NCBI GenBank assembly: GCA_048270185.1
Contig: JBLWTJ010000002.1
Location: forward strand, 224,001-288,000
DNA length: 64,000 bases
Source: Bacteriovoracaceae bacterium
GTDB taxonomy: Bacteria; Bdellovibrionota; Bacteriovoracia; Bacteriovoracales; Bacteriovoracaceae
Direction: 5' to 3'
The position numbers and the translations under genes were made by a program. Positions 17,662 through 26,820 of the stretch are shown here, piece by piece. The notes beneath the pieces were generated by a model. It was not told the origin of the DNA and did no database searches. It saw nothing but the letters and a program-made list of their open reading frames with translations. The first letter of the stretch is position 1. Each line of letters opens with the position of its first letter.

Positions 17662-18684
17662 ATGAAGATTACCGAGAATGATTATTTTTTAGCAAAGAAG
17701 TATAAGAAGCAAGATAGCTTCTATATAAGCCTATCTCGTAAACGCCCTACTTTAGCTGGTGCATTTATTGAAATGCTAGAAGTTCTTTCACAGAACTTAA
17801 TTAATAAAGAGTGTGATTTTCTACTAATCGACAACGACGATCAGATTCTTTTAAAGGATTTACAAAATATTGGATTCAACACTTATGGTTACTTAGCAGA
17901 TGATAAATTAATCTCACTAAGTGACATTAACCTTATTGCACATACAAAAAAGATACAGAATATTGTTCTAGTTGTCGGAAGTAAGATTAAGCATCCTTCA
18001 ATTGAGAACTCAAAAGAGTTTATTTCATTTATTAGAAACAGAGAGCGTTATTTAACAAATCTTACAGAATTAAATCCAAATATTTATAAGGATACAGAGA
18101 ATTTAAAATCTTTTAACCTACAAGATAATGATAAATTAAGAGTTGATAATAGCTTCTCATCTCTATCAATGAAAAGAACCTCGGCAAATGGATTTAACTC
18201 GCCACTAGAAAGTAGTGAAATCATCCAGCTTCTTAACGACAGTCTTTCATATACTCAAAGTAATTCCATAAAAAGACCAATTGCTTGTGCAGGAGGACTT
18301 GGAAATTTCAAGGCCTATATAACAAATGGTGATAATAATGTCGAAATCTACACTCCAGAAGACTTAAACATCAAGCAAACGAATATCGAATGGAATAATC
18401 TTTTAATGGACCAGATAGCAAGTAATCTTGAGACCTTTAATGGATGTAAAACTTGGCTAATTCTAAGTGTGGACCTAGTTCAATTAAGGAGTAAATATGG
18501 AGCAAGAGCTTATCGATTTGCTCTAATGGAAACAGGCGGACTTCTCCATCAACTACATCTATCGGCTACTTCATATGGATTTGACTTTCGTATTCTAGGC
18601 GGTTTTGACGACAAGGTAGTAGAAACTTTACTACACATAGGTAATGAAGAAGTTGTCACAGCAATATGTGGACTAGGAAAGTAA
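17662..18684 (+). CDS. SagB/McbC-type FMN-dependent dehydrogenase (nitroreductase fold)
   Basis: KRTS...KRPIACAGGL...KYGARAYRFALMETGGLLHQLHLSA...LGGFDD; ATG 17662 directly after the SBP stop. Confidence 0.82.
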   Translation: MKITENDYFLAKKYKKQDSFYISLSRKRPTLAGAFIEMLEVLSQNLINKECDFLLIDNDDQILLKDLQNIGFNTYGYLADDKLISLSDINLIAHTKKIQNIVLVVGSKIKHPSIENSKEFISFIRNRERYLTNLTELNPNIYKDTENLKSFNLQDNDKLRVDNSFSSLSMKRTSANGFNSPLESSEIIQLLNDSLSYTQSNSIKRPIACAGGLGNFKAYITNGDNNVEIYTPEDLNIKQTNIEWNNLLMDQIASNLETFNGCKTWLILSVDLVQLRSKYGARAYRFALMETGGLLHQLHLSATSYGFDFRILGGFDDKVVETLLHIGNEEVVTAICGLGK

Positions 18685-18690
18685 CAACTA

Positions 18691-20799
18691 ATGAAAAGAA
18701 TTGATAAGATCTTCATCATTCTCTTTTGCTTTATTATCGTAGTGTTAGGATTCTACTCAAATTATGCCTATAGCTTAATTCAAGAAGAAGCAAAGCAAGT
18801 TGCCATCAAACAAATGATTGCTAATTCTAATGTTATAACTTCATCTATCCAAAATGATGTATTTTCAAGTAACTATATTAACGCCTGGTACTCAGCATCA
18901 CGTTCAATCAAAAACATAGATGGTGCTTACTTCATTCTAGCGGATATCGACGGTAACGACCTAGTCGATGATTTAGGCTCTCAACTCAAGTATAAGAAGC
19001 TTACAGAAAATAATAAATTTAAAAAAAAGGAAATTAACAAGTCTTCTTATTATTTAGTTTCAAATGACTTTAAAAACCTCATTGTAAAAGATCACTTTAT
19101 TAGTAACCTCGACGGGAAAAGTAATTATTCTATTTCATATGTCTATCCGCTCTCTTTCTTAGAAGCGAGTATATCAAAAATCTCATATATAAATTTAGCT
19201 TTAGCTGCAATATTAATTGGAATCATTGCTCTGTATTTTATAATTATTCGTAAGCTCTTTAATAATAGCTTCACTGCTCTTGGTAATGGAGTTGACCATA
19301 TTATTAAGGGGGAAGAAATCACTAATGCTGAAATCAACGAAGTACTTGAAGATCATTTCGAGGCGCGCACACTCCTTGATAATTTCAAGAAAGATTATGA
19401 TTTAACTAAGAGGAAGTTACAGGAAGAAGCAAAACTATCGGCCCTTTCTAAAATTGCAACACAAGTTGCCCATGATATTCGTTCCCCTCTATCTGTATTA
19501 GAAATGTCTATTTTTGAAGAGGAACAAGTTAGTAATAAGAATATAATCCAAAGTGCGATTCAAAGAATTAATGATATTGCCAATAATTTATTAAGTGAGA
19601 ACAGGACTAATACTAAAGGTCAGGAAGAGATCTATCTTCCATATGTTATTGATTCGATTATTACCGAAAAACGCTACCAATATTCAAAATATCATCAACT
19701 AGAAATTAGATTTGTTAACAATTGTGACAATCTTAACCTGTTTACAAGGTTTAACGATATCGAGCTAAAGCGAATTCTTTCAAACCTTATTAATAACTCG
19801 GTCGAGAGCTTCGCAAACAGACAAGGTATTATTGAAATTATCCTCACTGACTCTCAGAATGATATCTTCTTAGAGATTAAGGACAATGGTCACGGTATTG
19901 AAGAAGACATCCTAGATCAACTACGCAAGAATCCATTTAGTCACAAGAAAGAAGGTGGAAATGGAATAGGCCTTTCTCATGCGATGCAAACAGCTCAGAA
20001 GTATCAAGCCAGTTTAGCACTAGACTCGCAAGTAGGACATGGAACAACAATTCGCCTAACACTTAAGAGAACTTCAGCACCAAGGTGGTTTAGCTCTTCA
20101 ATTAACCTTTCCAAATTTGATAATATAATTGTCTTAGATGACGACTACTCGATTCATGAGCTTTGGAATAAACGTTTATCAGGCCTTAAGAGAGATTATC
20201 ATATTATCAATTTAAATGACCCATTAGAGCTATCAGCAACTCTTTCTAAACTTGATATTAGTAAGACTTTCATTATATGTGATTACGAATTTGTACATGA
20301 GTCGCTAGACGGTATTGATACCATTATTGAAAATGATATCTCTAAGAACTCTATTCTTATTACAAGTCACTTCAATGAAGACGACCTTCAAGAAAGATGT
20401 CTTAAGAACTCAATAAAGATGGCACCTAAAAATTTAGCGAGATTAATTGAGCTACATGAATTTGGTAATATGAGTAAGGGAAAACAGGTCGTCTATCTTG
20501 ATGATGATCGCCTTTTAACTCATGCCTGGAAAACGAAAGCAACTAAGAATGGTGTGGATTTACTCACTTTCAATAATGTGAATGACCTACTTCAATCAGC
20601 AAGTGAGATCGATCAACAGGCGACCTTCTATATTGACTATAGTCTAGGTGAGAATGAATTAAGTGGAGATAAAGTAATTGAGAAGTTACAATCTCTAGGC
20701 TTTACTAAATTTTATTTGGCATCTGGTTACACTAGGGACTACTTTGACGAACTTGGAATTAATATCGAAGTCGTAGGTAAAGAAGCCCCTTGGGTATAA
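18691..20799 (+). CDS. Membrane hybrid sensor histidine kinase with two C-terminal receiver-like domains
   Basis: Two TM segments; QVAHDIRSPL; NLINNS, DNGHG, GNGIGL boxes; IIVLDDD and VVYLDDD receiver starts. Confidence 0.92.
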   Translation: MKRIDKIFIILFCFIIVVLGFYSNYAYSLIQEEAKQVAIKQMIANSNVITSSIQNDVFSSNYINAWYSASRSIKNIDGAYFILADIDGNDLVDDLGSQLKYKKLTENNKFKKKEINKSSYYLVSNDFKNLIVKDHFISNLDGKSNYSISYVYPLSFLEASISKISYINLALAAILIGIIALYFIIIRKLFNNSFTALGNGVDHIIKGEEITNAEINEVLEDHFEARTLLDNFKKDYDLTKRKLQEEAKLSALSKIATQVAHDIRSPLSVLEMSIFEEEQVSNKNIIQSAIQRINDIANNLLSENRTNTKGQEEIYLPYVIDSIITEKRYQYSKYHQLEIRFVNNCDNLNLFTRFNDIELKRILSNLINNSVESFANRQGIIEIILTDSQNDIFLEIKDNGHGIEEDILDQLRKNPFSHKKEGGNGIGLSHAMQTAQKYQASLALDSQVGHGTTIRLTLKRTSAPRWFSSSINLSKFDNIIVLDDDYSIHELWNKRLSGLKRDYHIINLNDPLELSATLSKLDISKTFIICDYEFVHESLDGIDTIIENDISKNSILITSHFNEDDLQERCLKNSIKMAPKNLARLIELHEFGNMSKGKQVVYLDDDRLLTHAWKTKATKNGVDLLTFNNVNDLLQSASEIDQQATFYIDYSLGENELSGDKVIEKLQSLGFTKFYLASGYTRDYFDELGINIEVVGKEAPWV

Positions 20800-20801
20800 A
20801 T

Positions 20802-21317
20802 TTACTTCTTAATTAAACTCTTTAATTTATCAGCAACTTTATTTGCATCAAGCATTGGATCAACATCGCGATCTAGTGCTGCAATTTTTAAATTTGGATC
20901 AATGATAAAAGTCCATCTCTTAGAAACGTTAAAGACTGCCATCTTCGCTCCAAACTCTTTTGTTACCTTTCCATCTTCATCTGATAAAAGATCAAAAGTT
21001 AAGGCATGCTCTTTGTGGAACTCGGCCTGATCTTTTACTGAGTCAGTACTAATCCCGTACACTTCTGCACCAAGGTTTCGAATAACTTTAATACTATCGC
21101 GAAATGCACAAGCTTGTTTTGTACATCCAGGAGTTCCGGCTTTTGGATAAAAATAAAGTACTGTCCACTTCCCTTTGCGTGTTTCTATATTAAAATCTAC
21201 ACCTTTGTGATTCTTAACGATAAATCTAGGAACTTCTTGTCCTGTTTCAACATCTTTTGCATATGCATTTACGAGTAAGAGACTCATTGCAACAAAAAAC
21301 CATTTTACCACTTTCAT
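20802..21317 (-). CDS. bcp: Bcp-type peroxiredoxin with signal peptide
   Basis: YFYPKAGTPGCTKQACAFRD; N-terminal signal ending NAYA. Confidence 0.88.
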   Translation of the reverse strand: MKVVKWFFVAMSLLLVNAYAKDVETGQEVPRFIVKNHKGVDFNIETRKGKWTVLYFYPKAGTPGCTKQACAFRDSIKVIRNLGAEVYGISTDSVKDQAEFHKEHALTFDLLSDEDGKVTKEFGAKMAVFNVSKRWTFIIDPNLKIAALDRDVDPMLDANKVADKLKSLIKK

Positions 21318-21495
21318 TATTCCTCCAAATCAGTGAAATTTAATCAATCTTATCTCTAGTTCTTATATATACGCAAATATCATCTCATCGGATCATTCTA
21401 AAAATTAAGAATAATGAATTTACATTTAGTTAGGAGCTTCAACTAACTCAACGACTTAAGTTCTCTTAATAAGATGAAACTGCTATAATCAGAAT

Positions 21496-21978
21496 ATGGA
21501 AGAAAGACAAATTAGCTTTAACTCAAAATTTGGAACGATTTATATCTGTGCCAATGTTAATGGAATCTCATACCTAGGATGGGAGGACCAAAATCGACCA
21601 GCTCCAACCCCTAGTTGTGATCTTAGAGTTAAGTCCTATCTTGCTAGTGCTCAAGATGAACTCATTGAATACTTTGCCGGTAGTCGCAAAGAATTCTCTC
21701 TTCCAATCAGTCTTGAGCGCGGAACAGATTTCCAAAAGAAGGTCTGGGCAGAATTATTAAAAATCCCATATGGCCAAGTTTCAAACTACAGTGATATTGC
21801 TCAGAAAGTAGGTTCACCAAAAGCCGTTCAGGCCGTAGGAAGCGCTAATGGGAAGAATCCAATCTGTCTGATTGTTCCTTGTCACCGCGTCATTGCAAAG
21901 TCGGGAGAACTTTCAGGATACGTTGCTGGGGCCAATATCAAAGAGGCCCTTCTCAATCTCGAAGGTGCTCTTATTTAG
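21496..21978 (+). CDS. ogt: Methylated-DNA-protein-cysteine methyltransferase
   Basis: GTDFQKKVW...IPYG...AVGSANGKNP...VPCHRV. Confidence 0.93.
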   Translation: MEERQISFNSKFGTIYICANVNGISYLGWEDQNRPAPTPSCDLRVKSYLASAQDELIEYFAGSRKEFSLPISLERGTDFQKKVWAELLKIPYGQVSNYSDIAQKVGSPKAVQAVGSANGKNPICLIVPCHRVIAKSGELSGYVAGANIKEALLNLEGALI

Positions 21979-22024
21979 TTGCTTTGTATAGACGAAAACG
22001 CAGGGCAATGCTAAATTATTACCC

Positions 22025-23965
22025 ATGAATGATAATAAACAAAACAAGAAAGACATGCGTCCAAAACAGGACATTCCAACAATCCTATCTCGCCTAGAGC
22101 GTCCAAAGAAAGCAGTGATCACAGCAGGTATGCCTTATGCCAATGGCCCAGTTCACATTGGTCACCTGGCAGGAGCTCACGTTCCAGCAGATATCTACTC
22201 TCGTTGGATGAGACTTCTTATTGGAAATGACAATGTTCTCTTTGTTTGTGGAACCGATGACCACGGATCGACAAGTGAAGTTGCGGCCAAGAAACTAGGA
22301 AAGACAACTCAAGAATTTATTGAAGAAGTCCATACGAAACAACATAGTACAATGAAGCGCTATTCAATTGGACTTGATACATATACAGGAACTTCAAGAG
22401 AAGAAAATTTTGAAGCACACAAAGAACTATGCCAAGATTTTCTTAGAAAGATGCATGCAAATGGAATGCTTGATAAGAGAACGAGTCAGCAGTGGTTTGA
22501 TCCAAAGCTATCAATGTTCCTACCTGACCGCTATGTTCAAGGTGATTGCCCAAATCCAGATTGCTCAAATACTAAAGCTTATAGTGATGAGTGCGATGTT
22601 TGTGGTAAGAACTACGATCCAAGTGAATTAAAGAATCCAGTATCGGCCGTAAGTGATGCAACGCCAGAGCTTAAGGACACTGATCACTGGTATCTCAATA
22701 TGTGGAAAGTGACTGACCAATTAATTGAGTGGCTAAATACAAAACAAAAGACTTGGAGAAAGCCGATTCTTCAAGAAGCATTTGGGACAGTTTATCCATG
22801 TGTGACTTTCACAAATAAATCTGAACCTGCGTATAAAGAAATTAAAGAATCTCTTCCAAAACATAAGAGCCGTTACGCTCCGGGTAGAAAGGTTCTCGTT
22901 CAATTTGAAAATCTTGCAGACCTTGCAACTGGAAAGAAAATTCTTGAAGATGCAAAAATTGAATGTGAACTCAATGATGGTTGGGCACACCGTGCGATTA
23001 CTCGTGATGTTTCATGGGGAATCCCTGTTCCAACAGATATTGAGCCAGGGATGGAAGGTAAGACTTTATATGTTTGGCCAGAGTCACTTATCGCTCCAAT
23101 CTCATTTACAAAAGTTGCTCTAAAGAAGAAAGGATTAGACCCGCAAACTTATAAAGAATTTTGGACTGACCCAGAAGCGAAGGTTTTTCAATTCCTTGGT
23201 ACTGATAACGTCTTCTTCTATGTCCTTATGCAGGGATCAATGTGGTTTGGTGTTCAAGAAGACCCTATGAGACAGGCACTTCCAGGTGAGTTCCAACAAA
23301 CAGATGTCTTCTCTAATTTCCACCTACAAATTAATGGTGAAAAGATGAGTAAGTCTAAAGGTAACTTCTATACGGGAGATCAGCTAATTGACGAGATGGG
23401 ATACACAGCAGACCAAGTTCGCTACTTCCTTTCGACTCTAAGCTTATCAGAGAAAGCTTCTAACTTTGACTTTGAAGTTTTCAAGGCCAAGAATGCATTT
23501 CTTGCAGGGCCAATGAACGCTTCATTTGAGAAGCCAATCTCTGCTTGTCACAAGCAATTTGGTGGCGTGGTACCTAAGGGTGAGCTTATTGGAAAGACTG
23601 AAAAAGAAACGTTAAAAATTGTTCAGCAATATACGAAATTCATGGAAAAGGGAGAATACCCAAAAGCACTTGGTGCTCTTGAAAATTACGCTCGTATTAT
23701 TAACGGACTATTCAATACGCACAAGCCTCACGATGACCGCTTTGATGAGAAGGAAAGAACTGATGCTCTTTATTCTTGTTTCTACATTCTAAGAAATATC
23801 TTAGTAATGCTACAACCTTTTGCTCCAGAGACAATGGAGAAACTTCGTGTATCACTAAATCTTCCAGAAAGTGTTTACTCGATTGATGAGCTAACAAAAG
23901 AATTCCCTGAGAATCACAAGATTGGGGAACAAGCAGAATACTTCCCAGCAGTTGATGCTGAGTAA
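22025..23965 (+). CDS. metG: Methionine--tRNA ligase
   Basis: PYANGPVHIGH, Zn-knuckle Cys (CPNPDC, CDVC), ITRDVSWGIPVP, KMSKS. Confidence 0.95.
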   Translation: MNDNKQNKKDMRPKQDIPTILSRLERPKKAVITAGMPYANGPVHIGHLAGAHVPADIYSRWMRLLIGNDNVLFVCGTDDHGSTSEVAAKKLGKTTQEFIEEVHTKQHSTMKRYSIGLDTYTGTSREENFEAHKELCQDFLRKMHANGMLDKRTSQQWFDPKLSMFLPDRYVQGDCPNPDCSNTKAYSDECDVCGKNYDPSELKNPVSAVSDATPELKDTDHWYLNMWKVTDQLIEWLNTKQKTWRKPILQEAFGTVYPCVTFTNKSEPAYKEIKESLPKHKSRYAPGRKVLVQFENLADLATGKKILEDAKIECELNDGWAHRAITRDVSWGIPVPTDIEPGMEGKTLYVWPESLIAPISFTKVALKKKGLDPQTYKEFWTDPEAKVFQFLGTDNVFFYVLMQGSMWFGVQEDPMRQALPGEFQQTDVFSNFHLQINGEKMSKSKGNFYTGDQLIDEMGYTADQVRYFLSTLSLSEKASNFDFEVFKAKNAFLAGPMNASFEKPISACHKQFGGVVPKGELIGKTEKETLKIVQQYTKFMEKGEYPKALGALENYARIINGLFNTHKPHDDRFDEKERTDALYSCFYILRNILVMLQPFAPETMEKLRVSLNLPESVYSIDELTKEFPENHKIGEQAEYFPAVDAE

Positions 23966-23967
23966 AT

Positions 23968-23998
23968 AAAAAGGCCTCTATTAAAGAGGCCTTTTTTT
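23968..23998. terminator. Bidirectional rho-independent terminator
   Basis: AAAAAGGCCTCT-ATTAA-AGAGGCCTTTTTTT between convergent genes. Confidence 0.9.
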
Positions 23999-24650
23999 AT
24001 GATAAATCTTCAAGCTGGCTTTTTATTTTATCTTTTAATTGTTCAAAATTAATATCTTCAATTTCAACAATCATTCCTTCATCAATTTGTCTTGCTTCCA
24101 CATCATCAAGATCACCTTCATCAGCAACACCAATAACTTGCTCGAGTGCAATTGACATATCTCTGTGAACAAAAGGATCTAGCTCATCAAGACCTGCAGC
24201 TAAAGTTGTTCCAAGAGCTGTTCCAGAAGGAGCTCCAAACAGAAACCCACCAACAGCGGCAACACCACCATCAAGACTAACTCCAGTACCAATATAGTAA
24301 GCGGCCGTAGCCTTTGCTCCAATAATTAATCCAAGGTAAGCAGAGACTGCTAAGATTGCAACATCTGCCCCAGCAGCGTATAGAGCATGACGCCCATTCA
24401 TATCGGCCATCTTCTTAATATCACTTCTTGCAAATGTACGATAATCTGAAAAGAGATTACGACATTTAAGTTCGCGACTATTACCAACACACTCTTCAAA
24501 GAGGTAGCGATCGTTTACGATCTCTGTGGCCTTAATATACTTATAAGGTGTCTCTTCAGCTTGAATAAATGTCGAAGCGTGATTAAGTTGGGCAAGGAGA
24601 AGAACTCCCGTAAAAAGAATTTTCTTTAGTTTTGGTGTTAGATTTTTCAT
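23997..24650 (-). CDS. Secreted hypothetical protein with hydrophobic Gly/Ala-zipper segment
   Basis: Signal ending LNHA; GGVAAVGGFLFGAPSGTALGTTLAAG. Confidence 0.75.
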   Translation of the reverse strand: MKNLTPKLKKILFTGVLLLAQLNHASTFIQAEETPYKYIKATEIVNDRYLFEECVGNSRELKCRNLFSDYRTFARSDIKKMADMNGRHALYAAGADVAILAVSAYLGLIIGAKATAAYYIGTGVSLDGGVAAVGGFLFGAPSGTALGTTLAAGLDELDPFVHRDMSIALEQVIGVADEGDLDDVEARQIDEGMIVEIEDINFEQLKDKIKSQLEDLS

Positions 24651-24729
24651 GACCTAATAATAGCTATTTTCTTGAACAAATCAGCTCAATTGAAATTATT
24701 CTAGGCCATGAAAAAATATTAGACACTTC

Positions 24730-25506
24730 TTACTTCATGAAATTCTGGGACCTTAGGTAAGCTAATAAGTTCTCACTATACTTAATATGGGACTCTTCAG
24801 TGTACTTTGCCTGAGTGTAGACCTGGGCCAAGTTCAGTGCCCCACTTTCTTCAATCATCGCCCTCAATCTTTCATTATCTCGGTAACGCTTCATTCCCTC
24901 ACTCTCTCTTTCCTTGTAGGTTTCAAGAATTTCCTCATCGCTATAGTGGTGGTACTTTTCCCTGTGGACAAGAGATTTAAGTGGTAAGCGCTTACGCATA
25001 TGTGGCCTTTCATCAGGATGGCCAAGAGCAAAGCCCACAACCGGAACAACATTATCAGGAAGATTAAGAATATCCCCTATTTCAGAAGCACTGGCCAACG
25101 TTGTTCCCATATAGCATATTCCCAGCCCTAAACTCTCTGCGGCCAAGGCAGCGTTCTGACTAGCAAGAATGGCATCAATCGAGCCAATCATAAAACTCAT
25201 ATAATTATCAAAATTATTGGCGGCTTCACTAACTTTAAGCCATCTCCTCATACGATTAAAGTCTGCACAGAAAGTTAAGAAGATCGGGGCATCCATGAGC
25301 ATGGACTGCTCAAAATGTGCCTTGAACATCTTCTCCTTCATACTCTTATCTTTTGTTACAATGATCGAGTAAGCCTGCATATTCCCTGAACTTGAGGCCA
25401 TGACAGCTGCATTTAGAATTTCATCTAAAATAGCATCATCAACTTCTTGATTCTTAAACTCACGAATTGAACGATGAGAATGTAGTTGCTTAATAAAATC
25501 ATTCAT
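24730..25506 (-). CDS. NfsA/FRP-family NADPH-dependent nitroreductase
   Basis: HRSIREF, ASSSGNMQAYS, FCADFNR, LAAESLGLG. Start taken at ATG 25506 (GAGG RBS). Confidence 0.9.
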   Translation of the reverse strand: MNDFIKQLHSHRSIREFKNQEVDDAILDEILNAAVMASSSGNMQAYSIIVTKDKSMKEKMFKAHFEQSMLMDAPIFLTFCADFNRMRRWLKVSEAANNFDNYMSFMIGSIDAILASQNAALAAESLGLGICYMGTTLASASEIGDILNLPDNVVPVVGFALGHPDERPHMRKRLPLKSLVHREKYHHYSDEEILETYKERESEGMKRYRDNERLRAMIEESGALNLAQVYTQAKYTEESHIKYSENLLAYLRSQNFMK

Positions 25507-25873
25507 TACAACCTCTTTTTTGACCGACAAAATGGGCAAAGACGACTCCGTCTTGTAGGAGTTTTCCTGTAATTTTACAGTTTAACTTCAGTTTCCCTTT
25601 TAAATCGACTCTAAACTCTCGACCTCTTTCTTTGGCCAAAAAGCTAAGCATAATTACTTTTTGAAAAGCTCTTCCACTGACAGGAACTTTAAAAACTTTT
25701 GGTACTTCAAATGAACCTGTAATATGACCGTTGCTATCAATAGTTGTTATAGTTAAAATATCTCTGTAGGCATTCCCCGAGATATTAACATCGAGATCGT
25801 ATATACCGATGGAGCTTTCTCCAACGGCCACTACATGCAGGAGTGCAAATAGCATCAATATATACTTCTTCAT
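25499..25873 (-). CDS. Secreted hypothetical protein
   Basis: Signal-like N-terminus; beta-strand-rich; GGAG RBS. Confidence 0.7.
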   Translation of the reverse strand: MKKYILMLFALLHVVAVGESSIGIYDLDVNISGNAYRDILTITTIDSNGHITGSFEVPKVFKVPVSGRAFQKVIMLSFLAKERGREFRVDLKGKLKLNCKITGKLLQDGVVFAHFVGQKRGCNE

Positions 25874-26208
25874 GGATACTCCATAATTAAAATAGATTAA
25901 TAAATTTAAATTAGATTTGATTAAAAAATGTGATTAGGCGCAGTGGCGCCACCAAAGAATTGAAACTGAAATTGCGTAACGTTGAAGTCGAAAAATCATA
26001 GAAGCAAAGTATGATTTCTAAGCTTAGAAGTAAATAAGCTAGTTTCTAACAAATCATAACAGTAATGGTACAAGATCTATTACCTGTTCATAAAAACTAA
26101 ATAAGAAATAGCGAGAAACTTTATCATACTTTAGTAAACAACGCATGGCACGAGGTCTATTCTTAAATAAGGTAAATGCTAAAATCTATAAAAAGAGTGA
26201 GGTATTTT

Positions 26209-26820
26209 ATGCTATATAATGCGATAATTTTACTAATATTACTAAGTTGCTCCCACAAGGACATTAAGACTGAATTACCAGAGGAAAGATTAGTGAAGAA
26301 GGAAAAGAAAGTAATTGGTTGGAGAGAATGGGTAGAATTACCAGAGCTTGGTATCAAGAATATTAAGGCAAAAGTCGATACAGGTGCTCGCTCTTCTTCT
26401 CTTCATGCATTTGACGTTAAGATTTTTAAAAGAAGAGGTAAAGATTACGTAAGCTTTACTGTTCACCCAGAACAAAGAGATATAAAGAAAACAATTACTT
26501 GTGAAGAACCGGTACTTGAGTTTCGAAATGTTAGAAGTTCAAATGGTCATGTTGAAAAGAGACCAGTTATTGAAACAAATGTAAGGTTACTTGGAGAAGA
26601 GTGGCCAATTGAAATCACCCTCACGAATCGTGACGAGATGGGATTTCGAATGTTATTAGGACGCCAAAGTTTTAGAAATAAGTTTCTCGTTGATGCAGGA
26701 AAGTCTTTTAACGGTGAAAAGCTAAAAAAGAAAACGGCCAAGAAAAAAGTAAGTAAGAAGTCGACTAAGAAAGCGACTAAGAAAAAAGCTAAAAGTGTTA
26801 AGAGGAGCTCAACGAAATGA
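26209..26820 (+). CDS. RimK-associated retropepsin-like (putative ATP-dependent zinc protease family) protein; start uncertain (ATG 26209 or GTG 26293)
   Basis: IGWREWV, AKVDTGARSSSLHA, LTNRDEMGFRMLLGR; Lys-rich tail. Confidence 0.88.
   Translation: MLYNAIILLILLSCSHKDIKTELPEERLVKKEKKVIGWREWVELPELGIKNIKAKVDTGARSSSLHAFDVKIFKRRGKDYVSFTVHPEQRDIKKTITCEEPVLEFRNVRSSNGHVEKRPVIETNVRLLGEEWPIEITLTNRDEMGFRMLLGRQSFRNKFLVDAGKSFNGEKLKKKTAKKKVSKKSTKKATKKKAKSVKRSSTK

Noticed and set aside
4712..20799. The sigma54/YcaO locus as a mobile element or prophage
   Set aside because: No integrase, transposase, tRNA, terminal repeats or phage structural genes seen; horizontal origin remains untested.
24730..25506. 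Nitroreductase as part of the YcaO cluster
   Set aside because: NfsA/FRP-type motifs, opposite strand, and separated from the cluster by bcp, ogt and metG.
26145..26162. TGGCACG upstream of the rimK operon as a sigma54 promoter
   Set aside because: Good -24 element, but the -12 position reads CTAT with no GC.
25874..26175. 300-bp intergenic region as a possible riboswitch, ncRNA or small ORF
   Set aside because: No recognisable aptamer consensus; minus-strand reading frames are broken by stops. An Rfam/Infernal scan would be needed.
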